Origin: Planctomycetota bacterium
GTDB lineage: Bacteria > Planctomycetota > UBA1135
Assembly (NCBI GenBank): GCA_002705055.1
Contig: PAHY01000042.1
Coordinates: 111,350 to 175,349, forward strand
DNA: 64,000 bases
Direction of reading: 5' to 3'
The notes under the pieces were generated by a model, which saw nothing but the letters and a program-made list of their open reading frames with translations, was not told the DNA's origin and ran no database searches. The position numbers were made by a program, and so were the translations under genes. Positions within the stretch are counted from its first letter, which is position 1, and each line of letters begins with the position of its first letter. Of this stretch, positions 20,822 through 30,132 are shown piece after piece.

Positions 20822-23539
20822 CTAGAGTGCCGCCAGGTTGGCCTCGAGCATGCCGGCTTCCTGCTGCAGCTCCGCAAGTCGTTCGCGCTCGGACTGCACC
20901 ACTTCGGCATCGGCGTTTTGCAGGAAGCGCTCGTTGCCGAGCTTCTTCTCGATGCCGCCGATCCCCTTCTGGACCTTGTCGAGCTTCTTCTGCAGCGAAG
21001 CCTGCAGCTTGGCCGGCTCGGTATCGGCGGCGAAGGGCAGGAAGACTGCGCCTGCCAGGGTCACGTCGGTCCCCGACTGCGCCGGCCGCTCGCCGCCGCG
21101 CTGCACCTGCAGGCCGTCCAACTTGGCCAGCCACAGGACCAGCTCCTGATTCTGCTTGAGGAGCTCAGCCGTCGTCGCTTCTTCCGCGAGCAGCTGACCC
21201 GCGGGCTGATCGCCCGCCGGAATCTCGAGCAGGGCGCGCACGTTGCGGAAGCCGCGGACCACATCCTGGAGCAGGGCGAAGCCCTGTTCGGCGGCCTCGT
21301 CGGCGGCCCCGGCCTGGGTCGGCCAGGCGGCGCGGATCAGCAGCTCTTCCTCGCCGCGGACTGCAGCCGGCAGTTCGGACCAGAGGGCCTCCGTGAGGTA
21401 CGGCGTGAAGGGATGAAGCAGTTTCAGGAGGGCGTGCAGGACCTCCGCCAGCGTGCGGCGCACGCGCGCGGCTTCGGCGGCCTCGGCGCTGCCTGGGCCG
21501 GCATCCTCGCCCGCGCGCAAGCGGCGCTTGGCGGCCTCGAGATACCAGTCGCAGAAGTCATCCCAGGTGAAGCGATACAGCGCGGTCGCCGCGTCGTGGA
21601 AGTCGTAGGCATCCAGCGCCCGGCTGACCTCGGCGGTGGTGGCCGCAAGGCGCGCGCGGATCCAGCGATCCTCGAGCGCATCCGCTCCGGCGCCGGCGAT
21701 CTCGCCCTCGAGATGTCCGAGGACAAAGCGCGCTGCGTTCCAGATCTTGTTGCAGAAGCGCTGGCCAAGCTCGAAACGATTCGCCGCCAGCTTCACATCC
21801 TGCCCCTCGCGGGTGAGGATCATCAGCGAATAGCGAACCGCATCGGCCCCGTACTGCTCGATCATTTCGACTGGATCGATGCCATTGCCGGCCGACTTCG
21901 ACATCCGCTTGCCCTGCGCGTCGAGCACATTGGCGTGGATGTAGCAGGTCGAGAAGCACAGCTGCGGGTCGTCGTTGTCGTAACCCGTCGGGCCGTCCTC
22001 GTCGGTGAACGCGTAGCCGGCCATGATCATGCGCGCCACCCACAGGTAGATGATGTCGCGCGCGGTCGACAGGAACTGCGTCGGGTAGAAGCGACGGTAG
22101 TCCTCGGTCGACTCCGGCCAGCCCAGCGTGGCGAAAGGCCACAGCCAGGATGAAGCCCAGGTGTCCATGACGTCGTCATCCTGGCGCACGATGGGCTTAC
22201 CGGTCTGCGGGTGCGGATCGCCGAGCGACAGCTCTTCGACCGAAGCGACGGGGACTTCGTCCTCGTCGTACCACACCGGGATGCGGTGCCCCCACCACAG
22301 CTGGCGCGAGATGCACCAGTCACGAACGTTCTCGAGCCAGTCGAGGTAGACCTTCTCCCAGCGCGCTGGCTTGAACTTGAGCTTGCCGGACTTCGCCGCC
22401 GCGATGGCCGGCTCGGCCAGCTTCTCCATGGCGACGAACCACTGCTCGGAGACCAGCGGCTCGATGGCCGTCTTCGAGCGATCCGAGATCGTGACGTTGT
22501 GGGTGTGGTCCTCGACCTTTTCGAGCAGACCCAGCTCGTCCATGGCAGCCACCACGGCCTCACGCGCCTGCTCGCGGCTCATGCCGGCGAATCGCCCGCC
22601 GTTCTCGTTGATCGAGCCGTCCTTGCCGAGCACGATGATGATCGGCAGCCCCGCGCGCGCGCCGCGCTCGTAGTCGGCCGGGTCGTGGCCCGGAGTCAGC
22701 TTGACCGCGCCGGTGCCAAACTCGGCCTCGACGGTGTCGGCGGCGACGATCGGGATCTCGCGATCGACCAGCGGCAGCATCAGCTTCTTGCCGACCCAAT
22801 CCTTGTAGCGGGGATCGTCCGGGTGCACCGCCACGCCGGTATCGCCCAGCATGGTCTCGGGCCGGGTGGTCGCGACCGTCAGATGGCCGCTGCCATCGGC
22901 CAGCGGATAGCGCAGATGCCAAAGATGGCCCTTCCGGGTGACGTACTCGATCTCGTCGTCCGAGACCGCGGTCTGCAGCTTGCAGTCCCAGTTGACGATC
23001 CGCGCGCCGCGGTAGACCAGGCCCTGCTCCCACAGGCGCACGAAGCTGACCCGCACCGCGTGCGACATGTCGTCGTCCAGGGTGAACTTGGTGCGCTTCC
23101 AGTCGCAGCTGGCGCCGAGCCGGCGCAGCTGGCCCAGGATCGTGTTGCCGTGGTGCTCTTTCCAGTCCCACACCTCCTGCAGGAAGGCCTCGCGGCCGAG
23201 GTCCTTGCGGGTGGTGTTCTTCTCCTGGAACAGCTTCTTCTCGACGACCGCCTGGGTCGCGATGCCGGCGTGGTCGGTGCCGGGCAGCCACAGCGCGTCG
23301 AAGCCCTGCATTCGCCGGTGCCGGATCACGATGTCCTGAATCGTGTTGTTCAGCGCGTGGCCCATGTGCAGCACGCCGGTGACGTTCGGCGGCGGCATCA
23401 TGATGGTGAAGGTCTCGCGGCCGGACGCTTCGGCCGGTGGCGCGAAGCAGTCGTGGGCTTCCCAGCGCGCGTAGATCGCGTCCTCGAACTCCGCCGGCGT
23501 GTAGCGGGTCGGCAGCGTCGGTGCGGTGCTTTCGGTCAT
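20822..23539 (-). CDS. valS: Valine--tRNA ligase
   Basis: PPPNVTGVLHMGH, DHAGIATQ, WCISRQLWWGHRIP, RMSKS, C-terminal coiled coil. Confidence 0.97.
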   Translation of the reverse strand: MTESTAPTLPTRYTPAEFEDAIYARWEAHDCFAPPAEASGRETFTIMMPPPNVTGVLHMGHALNNTIQDIVIRHRRMQGFDALWLPGTDHAGIATQAVVEKKLFQEKNTTRKDLGREAFLQEVWDWKEHHGNTILGQLRRLGASCDWKRTKFTLDDDMSHAVRVSFVRLWEQGLVYRGARIVNWDCKLQTAVSDDEIEYVTRKGHLWHLRYPLADGSGHLTVATTRPETMLGDTGVAVHPDDPRYKDWVGKKLMLPLVDREIPIVAADTVEAEFGTGAVKLTPGHDPADYERGARAGLPIIIVLGKDGSINENGGRFAGMSREQAREAVVAAMDELGLLEKVEDHTHNVTISDRSKTAIEPLVSEQWFVAMEKLAEPAIAAAKSGKLKFKPARWEKVYLDWLENVRDWCISRQLWWGHRIPVWYDEDEVPVASVEELSLGDPHPQTGKPIVRQDDDVMDTWASSWLWPFATLGWPESTEDYRRFYPTQFLSTARDIIYLWVARMIMAGYAFTDEDGPTGYDNDDPQLCFSTCYIHANVLDAQGKRMSKSAGNGIDPVEMIEQYGADAVRYSLMILTREGQDVKLAANRFELGQRFCNKIWNAARFVLGHLEGEIAGAGADALEDRWIRARLAATTAEVSRALDAYDFHDAATALYRFTWDDFCDWYLEAAKRRLRAGEDAGPGSAEAAEAARVRRTLAEVLHALLKLLHPFTPYLTEALWSELPAAVRGEEELLIRAAWPTQAGAADEAAEQGFALLQDVVRGFRNVRALLEIPAGDQPAGQLLAEEATTAELLKQNQELVLWLAKLDGLQVQRGGERPAQSGTDVTLAGAVFLPFAADTEPAKLQASLQKKLDKVQKGIGGIEKKLGNERFLQNADAEVVQSERERLAELQQEAGMLEANLAAL

Positions 23540-23541
23540 CG

Positions 23542-24492
23542 TCAGGTCTCCTGGCCGCGCCTGCCCTGCGAGGCGGCTGCAGCCGATCGAGCCAAGGATT
23601 GTCGCAGATCCGGCGGCTCAAAGCCCAGATCTCTGATCGCCAACTCGCAGCGCAGGATGAGCCGCGGCGGCCGCGGATCGCCCTGCCACGCGGCCAGCCG
23701 CGCGCGACGATGCACGAACTCGACGCCCGCAGCTGCGCACGCCGCCTGCCCCAGGTGGTAGCGATCGATCGCGTCGGCCCCGGCGAGGTGGTAGATCGGC
23801 TCGGGCGGACGCATCGCCGGGTCCGCCGCGGCGAGCCGCTCGAGCAGCTTGCCCAGCGGCGCGCAGAGGTCGGCGGCGTCGGCAGGAGCCCGCCACTCGT
23901 CCTCGAACAAATCCCAGGGCTGAGCCTTGCGCGCGGCTTCGACCAGGACCGCGTCCGCCCCCATCCGCGCAGGCCGCCCGGGCACCGCCGGCCCCAAGAG
24001 CAGCGGCAGCCGCACCACCACGCCCCCGCCGGCCAGACAGGCGCGCTCGCCTTCCGCCTTGCTGCGTCCGTAGGCGTGAATCGGCGCCGGCTCGGCGTCC
24101 TCGGCGAGCTCCTTCGCCTGACCGTCAAAGACCTGGTCCGTGCTGAGGAAGATCACCCGTCCGGGGCAGGCTGCGAGGAACTCCTCGACCACCTGCACGT
24201 GCATCCGGTGTGCCAGCTCGGGCTGGCGCTCGCAGGCGTCGATCCGCGAGACCGCCGCCGCGTGCAGTACGGCGCGCGGCTGCAGCGCGTCGACGAGCCG
24301 GCGTGCGGCGCCGGGCTGGCTGAGATCGCAGCAAACAAAAGGGGCGGCCCGCCAGGCCTCGGGCGCCTCCCGCCCGGCGACGACTACCCCCGGCCACTGC
24401 TCGACGGCGCCGCCGCGCGCCAGCCCGGCACCCAGTACGCCACCCATCCCGGTCAGGAGGACGGGCGCTTCCGGCTGCGTGGGGTCCATCAC
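23542..24492 (-). CDS. RmlD-like (dTDP-4-dehydrorhamnose reductase) SDR oxidoreductase
   Basis: LLTGMGGVLG, HAAAVSRIDACE, STDQVFDG, YGRSKAEGE. Confidence 0.82.
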   Translation of the reverse strand: MMDPTQPEAPVLLTGMGGVLGAGLARGGAVEQWPGVVVAGREAPEAWRAAPFVCCDLSQPGAARRLVDALQPRAVLHAAAVSRIDACERQPELAHRMHVQVVEEFLAACPGRVIFLSTDQVFDGQAKELAEDAEPAPIHAYGRSKAEGERACLAGGGVVVRLPLLLGPAVPGRPARMGADAVLVEAARKAQPWDLFEDEWRAPADAADLCAPLGKLLERLAAADPAMRPPEPIYHLAGADAIDRYHLGQAACAAAGVEFVHRRARLAAWQGDPRPPRLILRCELAIRDLGFEPPDLRQSLARSAAAASQGRRGQET

Positions 24493-24513
24493 GCCGCTAG
24501 GCTACTCGCTCGC

Positions 24514-25437
24514 ATGCGAGTCGCCCTGCTCGCCAATCCGTGGTCTGGCCGCGGGGTCGGCCCGACCCGCGCGCGGGCCATCGCCGCCGCGCTGCAAGAG
24601 CACGGCTGGGACGCCGACGTCCACGTAGGCGATTCGCGCTCGGCCACGGTCGATTGGGGTGCGCGCCTCCCCGAGGTAGCGGATCGGGCTGTGGTCGTCG
24701 GCGGGGACGGCACGCTCAATGCGGTCGTGGAAGGCATGCTGACGCTTGGCGCCGCCGACAGCGGGCTCCCCCCGGTGCTGCAGGTCGGCCTGGGCACCGC
24801 CAATCTGCTCACTCATGAACTGGGACTGCCACGCCGCAATCGGCGCCTGGCCCAGCTCGTCGAGCGCGGCACCGTGCAGGCCTTCGACCTGGGCGAACTG
24901 AGCCTCGCCACGGCCGAGGACGCGCCGCCCTCGCCGCGCCCGAGCCTGCTCTGCTGGGACTTCGGCCTGGGCGGAGCGCTGATGAAGGCGATGGACGAGG
25001 TGCGCACCGGCCCGATCCGCAAGAGCGACTACATGGGGCTGCTGTGGCGTTTGTTCCGCGAGTACAAACCCGTACCCCAGCGCGTGATCGCCGACGGCGA
25101 GGACTTGGGCGAGTTTGAGTACGGCATCGTCACCGGCATCCGCACCTATGCCTCCTCGGCCTTCAAGTTCCCCCGCTGCCAGTACGACGACGGCCTCTGG
25201 GAGCTCTACCTGATCCCGAAGGTCAACAAGCGCCGCCTGGCCAGCCTCGCCGGGCGCTCGCTGATCCGCCGGCTGGCCACGATGCCCGGGCTGGTGCACC
25301 GCACCGCGCGCCAGGTCGAGGTCAGCGGCCCGGCCCCGGCGCCGGTCCAGATCGACGGCGACTACTACGGACACACTCCCGTATCATTCGGGCTCACAGG
25401 ACGGCAACTGCCGATCCTTCGCCCTGCGCGCTCATGA
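24514..25437 (+). CDS. Diacylglycerol/lipid kinase family protein
   Basis: NPWSG, GGDGTLN, GLGTANLL, QIDGD. Confidence 0.87.
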   Translation: MRVALLANPWSGRGVGPTRARAIAAALQEHGWDADVHVGDSRSATVDWGARLPEVADRAVVVGGDGTLNAVVEGMLTLGAADSGLPPVLQVGLGTANLLTHELGLPRRNRRLAQLVERGTVQAFDLGELSLATAEDAPPSPRPSLLCWDFGLGGALMKAMDEVRTGPIRKSDYMGLLWRLFREYKPVPQRVIADGEDLGEFEYGIVTGIRTYASSAFKFPRCQYDDGLWELYLIPKVNKRRLASLAGRSLIRRLATMPGLVHRTARQVEVSGPAPAPVQIDGDYYGHTPVSFGLTGRQLPILRPARS

Positions 25438-26252
25438 GCCCTTCTCCCGTCGAGTTCCTGCCCGGCCGCCACGTCGGGCCCGGTCATGCCCCTCTGCTTA
25501 TCGCTGGCCCCTGCGCCATCGAGGGGCCGCAGACCGTCGACTACGCCCACGCCATTCAGGAGGCCATCGACGGCCTCGCGGTGCAGTGGGTGTTCAAGGC
25601 TTCCTTCGACAAGGCCAATCGCACCTCGGTCGGCGGCGGCCGAGGGGTCGGCCTGGACAACGGGTTGGCGATCCTGCGCCAGATCCGCGACGAGCTGAAG
25701 GTCCCGGTGCTGACCGACGTGCACCTGCCCGAGCAGTGCTCTCCGGTCGCCGAGGTCTGTGATGTGCTGCAGATTCCGGCCTTCCTCTGTCGGCAGACCG
25801 ATCTGCTTCAGGCTGCCGGCGCGACCGGTAAGACGGTCAACATCAAGAAGGGGCAGTTCCTGGCGCCGGAAGGCATGGCCAAGGCGGCCGACAAGGTGCG
25901 GGCCACCGGCAACGAGAAGGTCCTGCTGACCGAGCGCGGCACCTTCTTCGGCTACGGTCGCCTGGTCGTCGATTTCTCCGGCTTCGCCGCGATGCGCGAG
26001 GCGGCACCGCTGATCTTCGACGCGACGCATTCGGTGCAGCAGCCCGGCGGTCTCGGCGATCGCACCGGCGGCGACTGGGAAATGGCGCCGGTCCTGTTGC
26101 GCGCGGCCGCGGCCGTGGGCTGCGACGGCTGGTTCGTCGAGACGCACCCGCGCCCGCTGGAGTCGCCCTCGGACGGGCCCAACATGATCCCGCTCGAACA
26201 CCTGCGGGAGACGCTCGAGCGCGCCCTCGCGGTGCGCGCGGCGAGCGCCTAG
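25434..26252 (+). CDS. kdsA: 3-deoxy-8-phosphooctulonate (KDO8P) synthase
   Basis: IAGPCAIE, KASFDKANRTS, QIPAFLCRQTDLL, DATHSVQQPG, SDGPN. Confidence 0.96.
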   Translation: MSPSPVEFLPGRHVGPGHAPLLIAGPCAIEGPQTVDYAHAIQEAIDGLAVQWVFKASFDKANRTSVGGGRGVGLDNGLAILRQIRDELKVPVLTDVHLPEQCSPVAEVCDVLQIPAFLCRQTDLLQAAGATGKTVNIKKGQFLAPEGMAKAADKVRATGNEKVLLTERGTFFGYGRLVVDFSGFAAMREAAPLIFDATHSVQQPGGLGDRTGGDWEMAPVLLRAAAAVGCDGWFVETHPRPLESPSDGPNMIPLEHLRETLERALAVRAASA

Positions 26253-27022
26253 GCCTTTTCGCTGAAGCGTTCCTGCAGGCGCTCGACGATGCGGTGCAGG
26301 ATCTTCGAGACGCGCGACTGCGAGATGCTCATCTCGTCGCCGATCTCTTTGAGCGTGCGACCCTCGAAGAAGCGCTTGTAGAGAATCTCGCGATTCTCGA
26401 TCGACAGCGTGGCCGCGATCTGCTCGAGCAGCTCGCGACGGTGCACGTCTTCGCTGGGGCCTTCGGCGCGGACATCCTCGAGGAAGTCAAGGCCGGCTTC
26501 GCTTTCGCCGTCTTCCGAGACCGGCTTGCCACCTGCGAGGACGGGAGCTTCGTGGTCCTTGCCGAAGCGCTTGTGGTACTCCTCGAGGTTGAGGCCCAGC
26601 TCGGCGGCGATCTCCTGATCGACCGGGGCGCGCCCCAGCTCGCCGCGGAGGTTCTCGATGACCTCCTTCTTCTGGTTGAGGCGGTGGCGCATCGGCCGCG
26701 GCAGCCAGTCATGACGGCGCAGTTCGTCGAGAATCGCGCCGTGGACCCGGTGCTCGCAGAATGCCTCAAAGGGCACGCCGCGGGCAGGGTCGAAGTTCTG
26801 AATGGCCTGGATCAGACCGACATCCCCCGCTGCCTCGAGATCGGCCATTTCGACGGTGCGCGGCAGGCGCGCTTTGACCCGTCGCGCAACACGCGCGGCA
26901 TGTGGCCGGTAGTACTCGACCAGAGCGTTGCGCGCGTTCAGACATTCCCCGGACCGGTAGTCCTCCCAGAGACGAACTAGGGCAGGATTCTCGGTGCGAG
27001 GGCGACGCGCTCGTTTGACCAT
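26249..27022 (-). CDS. FliA/WhiG (sigma-28) family RNA polymerase sigma factor
   Basis: DLEAAGDVGLIQAIQNFDPARGVPF, GAILDELRRHDWLPR, TLKEIGDEMSISQSRVSKI. Confidence 0.9.
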   Translation of the reverse strand: MVKRARRPRTENPALVRLWEDYRSGECLNARNALVEYYRPHAARVARRVKARLPRTVEMADLEAAGDVGLIQAIQNFDPARGVPFEAFCEHRVHGAILDELRRHDWLPRPMRHRLNQKKEVIENLRGELGRAPVDQEIAAELGLNLEEYHKRFGKDHEAPVLAGGKPVSEDGESEAGLDFLEDVRAEGPSEDVHRRELLEQIAATLSIENREILYKRFFEGRTLKEIGDEMSISQSRVSKILHRIVERLQERFSEKA

Positions 27023-27095
27023 GAGGTGTTTTTCGGGGGGAGAGATCGCGGGGTTCCCCGCGACTCGAAAAATTCCACCGAAAACTTGCGCGCGA

Positions 27096-27113
27096 TGCAA
27101 GCAACTGCTTGCA
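27096..27113. promoter_or_regulatory. Palindromic operator candidate upstream of the sigma-28 gene
   Basis: tgcaagca-ac-tgcttgca inverted repeat in an AT-rich intergenic stretch. Confidence 0.35.
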
Positions 27114-27127
27114 AAAAATATCGCGAG

Positions 27128-27559
27128 CTACACACCCAGTGCTTGCATCACGCGTACTTCGGCAGCGCGCATTTCAGCACGATCGGCATCGGTGTGGTCG
27201 TCATATCCCAACAAATGCAAGCAACCGTGCACGACGTAGAGCGTGCATTCCTGCTCTGCAGTTTGCCCGTGTTCGGCGGCAACACGCGCTGCCATCTCGA
27301 CGTTGACAAGCAATTCTCCGAAGCAATCCTCTTCGCCGTACGGGAATGCCATCACGTCGGTCGCGCTGGGATCATGCAAGAACTCACCGTGCAGCTGCGA
27401 GTGCTCTTCCTCGTCCATCAGCACCACTTCGACCCGCGCTGCGGGGCCGCTTTCCAGCTCCCACACTTTGCGCACCGCCTCGCGCACCTGTTGCACGTTC
27501 AACAAGGCGTCCTGCGTGGCGCGGATCGTGACCGCCACGGTCACGCCGGCGCTACTCAT
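27128..27559 (-). CDS. ybeY: rRNA maturation RNase YbeY
   Basis: ATDVMAF, HGCLHLLGYDD metal motif. Confidence 0.93.
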   Translation of the reverse strand: MSSAGVTVAVTIRATQDALLNVQQVREAVRKVWELESGPAARVEVVLMDEEEHSQLHGEFLHDPSATDVMAFPYGEEDCFGELLVNVEMAARVAAEHGQTAEQECTLYVVHGCLHLLGYDDHTDADRAEMRAAEVRVMQALGV

Positions 27560-28499
27560 CGTCGCCGTAGGCTTCGACGATCCGCTGCACCAGAGCACTA
27601 CGCTGCACGTCCGCCTTCGAAAACTCGATCCAGCTGACACCCGGAGTTCCCTGCAGGCGATCGATCGCATCGGCGAGTCCGCCCTTCTGCTCCTGCGGCA
27701 GGTCCGACTGAGTGCGGTCGCCGGTGACCACTGCCCGCGTGCCTTCGCCCAGACGCGTCAGGAACATCTTGAGCTGGCCCGTCGTGGCGTTCTGCGCCTC
27801 GTCCAGAATGACGTAGGAACGCGCCAGCGTGCGCCCGCGCATGAAGGCCAGCGGGGCGATCTCGACGATGTCCAGCTCGCGCATACGGCGGGCCTGCGCC
27901 GGCCCCAGCAGGTCGCTCATCGCGTCGAACAGCGGGCGCAGATAAGGGTCGATCTTGTCTTCCAGATCGCCCGGAAGAAAGCCCAGCCGCTCGCCAGCTT
28001 CGACGACGGGCCGCGTCAGCACGAGTCGCTTCACCTCGCCGCGGCGCAGCGCCTGCAGAGCCGCCGCCACCGCGAGGTAAGTCTTGCCCGTACCCGCCGG
28101 ACCGGTCGCAAGGATGAGGTCGTCACGCTGCAGTGCTTCGAGGTAGACCCGCTGCGCTTCGGTACGCGCGGTGGGCATCCGGCGCGGCTGCGTTTCATCC
28201 GGCAGCGCTTCGCCGAAGACGCTGCGCGCGCGTTCGGCGCTGGGGTCCATGCTGCCCAGCAGCGCCGTCTCGACTTCCAGCGGCCCCAGCTTGTCGCCGC
28301 GGCGCATGCGCGTGAGCAGATCTTCGACCCGCGGGACCAGCGCCTGCACGGCGTCGTCCGGGCCTTGGAAGCGAAGCTCTCCCCCGCGTGAACTGAGCCG
28401 CACACCGAGGCGGCGGCTGACCTGCTTCACGTGGCGGTCGTAAGGACCCAGAATCAGCTTCTCCTCGTCTAGCGAGAGCAAGGGAAGGCGGGTTTCCAT
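27552..28499 (-). CDS. phoH: PhoH family ATPase
   Basis: GPAGTGKTYLA, RPVVEAGERLGFLPGD, AFMRGRT, DEAQN. Confidence 0.94.
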   Translation of the reverse strand: METRLPLLSLDEEKLILGPYDRHVKQVSRRLGVRLSSRGGELRFQGPDDAVQALVPRVEDLLTRMRRGDKLGPLEVETALLGSMDPSAERARSVFGEALPDETQPRRMPTARTEAQRVYLEALQRDDLILATGPAGTGKTYLAVAAALQALRRGEVKRLVLTRPVVEAGERLGFLPGDLEDKIDPYLRPLFDAMSDLLGPAQARRMRELDIVEIAPLAFMRGRTLARSYVILDEAQNATTGQLKMFLTRLGEGTRAVVTGDRTQSDLPQEQKGGLADAIDRLQGTPGVSWIEFSKADVQRSALVQRIVEAYGDDE

Positions 28500-28561
28500 G
28501 CGACGGCGAGAGGAGACGGAGGGGACGGAGCGCGAGGCGTGTTGCTTCAGGCGGGCGCGTT

Positions 28562-29377
28562 TCAATTCGCGAAGTAAGCCAAGTAGAGGTGCAACGCGGG
28601 GGCGGCGAGCAGGAAGGAATCGACGAGGTCGAAGGTACCGCCAAAGGCAGGCAAAAGCCCAGCCGAATCCTTGGTCCGGAAGCTGCGCTTCAACAGACTT
28701 TCCGATAGATCACCGAACTGCGCGCCGATATTGGCGACCAGCGCGGCGGGCAGCCAGAGCTGCCAGCCCGGGTTCTGGTCGAAGCAGGTCGACGCGACGA
28801 TCCACCCGGCCAGCGCGGCTCCGCCCAGCGAGGCCACCGCCCCTTCCCAGGACTTGTTCGGGCTGACCTCGGGGATCAGCTTGTGCCGCCCGAAGGCCGA
28901 GCCGACGAAGAAGGCCATGCTGTCGCCGGTCTTGGCGACGGCCACCACGAAGATCAGCCAGGCCCAGCCCTCGGGGAGTTCGCGCAGCGCGATCAGCTGA
29001 GCGAGCAGAAAGGGCACGGCCAGGAAGCCGAGCAGGGTGATGCCGAGGCGGTCGGAAGCCCCCTCCGGCTTGCGACCGAGCACCGAGATCAGCAACAGCG
29101 CCATCAGCAGGCCGGCCAGCAGATCGGCCGAGGCCCAGCCCAGCGCGGTGGCGAGCAGCCAGACGGCCCCCATCCCCAGCCCGATCGGGATCGACGGCGC
29201 CCGCCCATCCGAGCGCGCCATCATGTAGAACTCAGCCTGGGCAGCCAAGGCGAGCAGGCCGATGACCAGCGCCGAGGGGATGCCCTCGAAGAGATGCTTG
29301 TCGCTCCAGAACAGCCCGGTGACCACCGCAACCAGAATGCTGCCGTAGCGCAGGCGGGTCGCGACGACGCTGCTCAT
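28562..29377 (-). CDS. cdsA: Phosphatidate cytidylyltransferase
   Basis: SPNKSWEG, GDLSESLLKR...KDS...PAFGGTFDLVDS. Confidence 0.93.
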   Translation of the reverse strand: MSSVVATRLRYGSILVAVVTGLFWSDKHLFEGIPSALVIGLLALAAQAEFYMMARSDGRAPSIPIGLGMGAVWLLATALGWASADLLAGLLMALLLISVLGRKPEGASDRLGITLLGFLAVPFLLAQLIALRELPEGWAWLIFVVAVAKTGDSMAFFVGSAFGRHKLIPEVSPNKSWEGAVASLGGAALAGWIVASTCFDQNPGWQLWLPAALVANIGAQFGDLSESLLKRSFRTKDSAGLLPAFGGTFDLVDSFLLAAPALHLYLAYFAN

Positions 29378-30132
29378 GCCGAGGACTGCGGGGCCTGGGC
29401 GGCCGGATCGTTGTCGATCACCCGGCCGAATCGTCGGACGCGCTGGGCGTAGGCTTCGCAGCCGGCGGCGAGTTCGGCGCGACGGAACTCGGGCCACAGC
29501 ACCTCGGTGAACCAGAACTCTGCGTAGCTGGCTTCCCAGAGCAGGAAGTTGGAGAGGCGCAGCTCTCCGGCCGAGCGGATCACCAGGTCCGGGTCGGGCA
29601 TGCTCGGATCGTACAGCTCGCGGGCGATCGCGGCAGCGTCGATCTGCTCTGGGTCGAGCTCGCCGCGCACGGCCTTGCGAGCCAGCTCTTGGGCGGCGTC
29701 GGCGATCTCCTGGCGGCCGCCGTAGGAAAGCGCGAGGCGCAGGGTCATCCGATCTCCGTGCGCGGTCTGCTGCTCGATCTCGCGCAGCACCTCGAGCACG
29801 TCGTCGGGCAGATCATCGAGCCGTCCCAGGCCGCGTAGCCGGATGCCGTTCTGAAGCAGCGTCGGCAGCTCGTCGCGCAGGAAGCGCTTGAGAAAGCGCA
29901 TCAGCCCGCGGACTTCGGCCGCCGGCCGCTTCCAGTTCTCGACCGAGAAAGCGTACAGCGTGAGGTGCTCGATGCCCCATTCCGCCGCCGCCGTGGTGAC
30001 ATCGCGGACCGAATCCACGCCGGCTTCGTGCCCGCGCAGCCGCAGCATGCCGCCGCGTCGTGCCCAGCGGCCGTTGCCGTCCATGATGATCGCCACGTGT
30101 CGCGGCACGATCGACGGGGCCGGCGTGCTCAT
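29374..30132 (-). CDS. uppS: Undecaprenyl diphosphate synthase
   Basis: PRHVAIIMDGNGRWA, YAFSVENWKRP, RLSNFLLW. Confidence 0.96.
   Translation of the reverse strand: MSTPAPSIVPRHVAIIMDGNGRWARRGGMLRLRGHEAGVDSVRDVTTAAAEWGIEHLTLYAFSVENWKRPAAEVRGLMRFLKRFLRDELPTLLQNGIRLRGLGRLDDLPDDVLEVLREIEQQTAHGDRMTLRLALSYGGRQEIADAAQELARKAVRGELDPEQIDAAAIARELYDPSMPDPDLVIRSAGELRLSNFLLWEASYAEFWFTEVLWPEFRRAELAAGCEAYAQRVRRFGRVIDNDPAAQAPQSSA

Noticed and set aside
27096-27116. Sigma-54 promoter upstream of the sigma-28 gene
   Set aside because: TTGCAAG-N3-TTGC lacks the invariant GG at -24.
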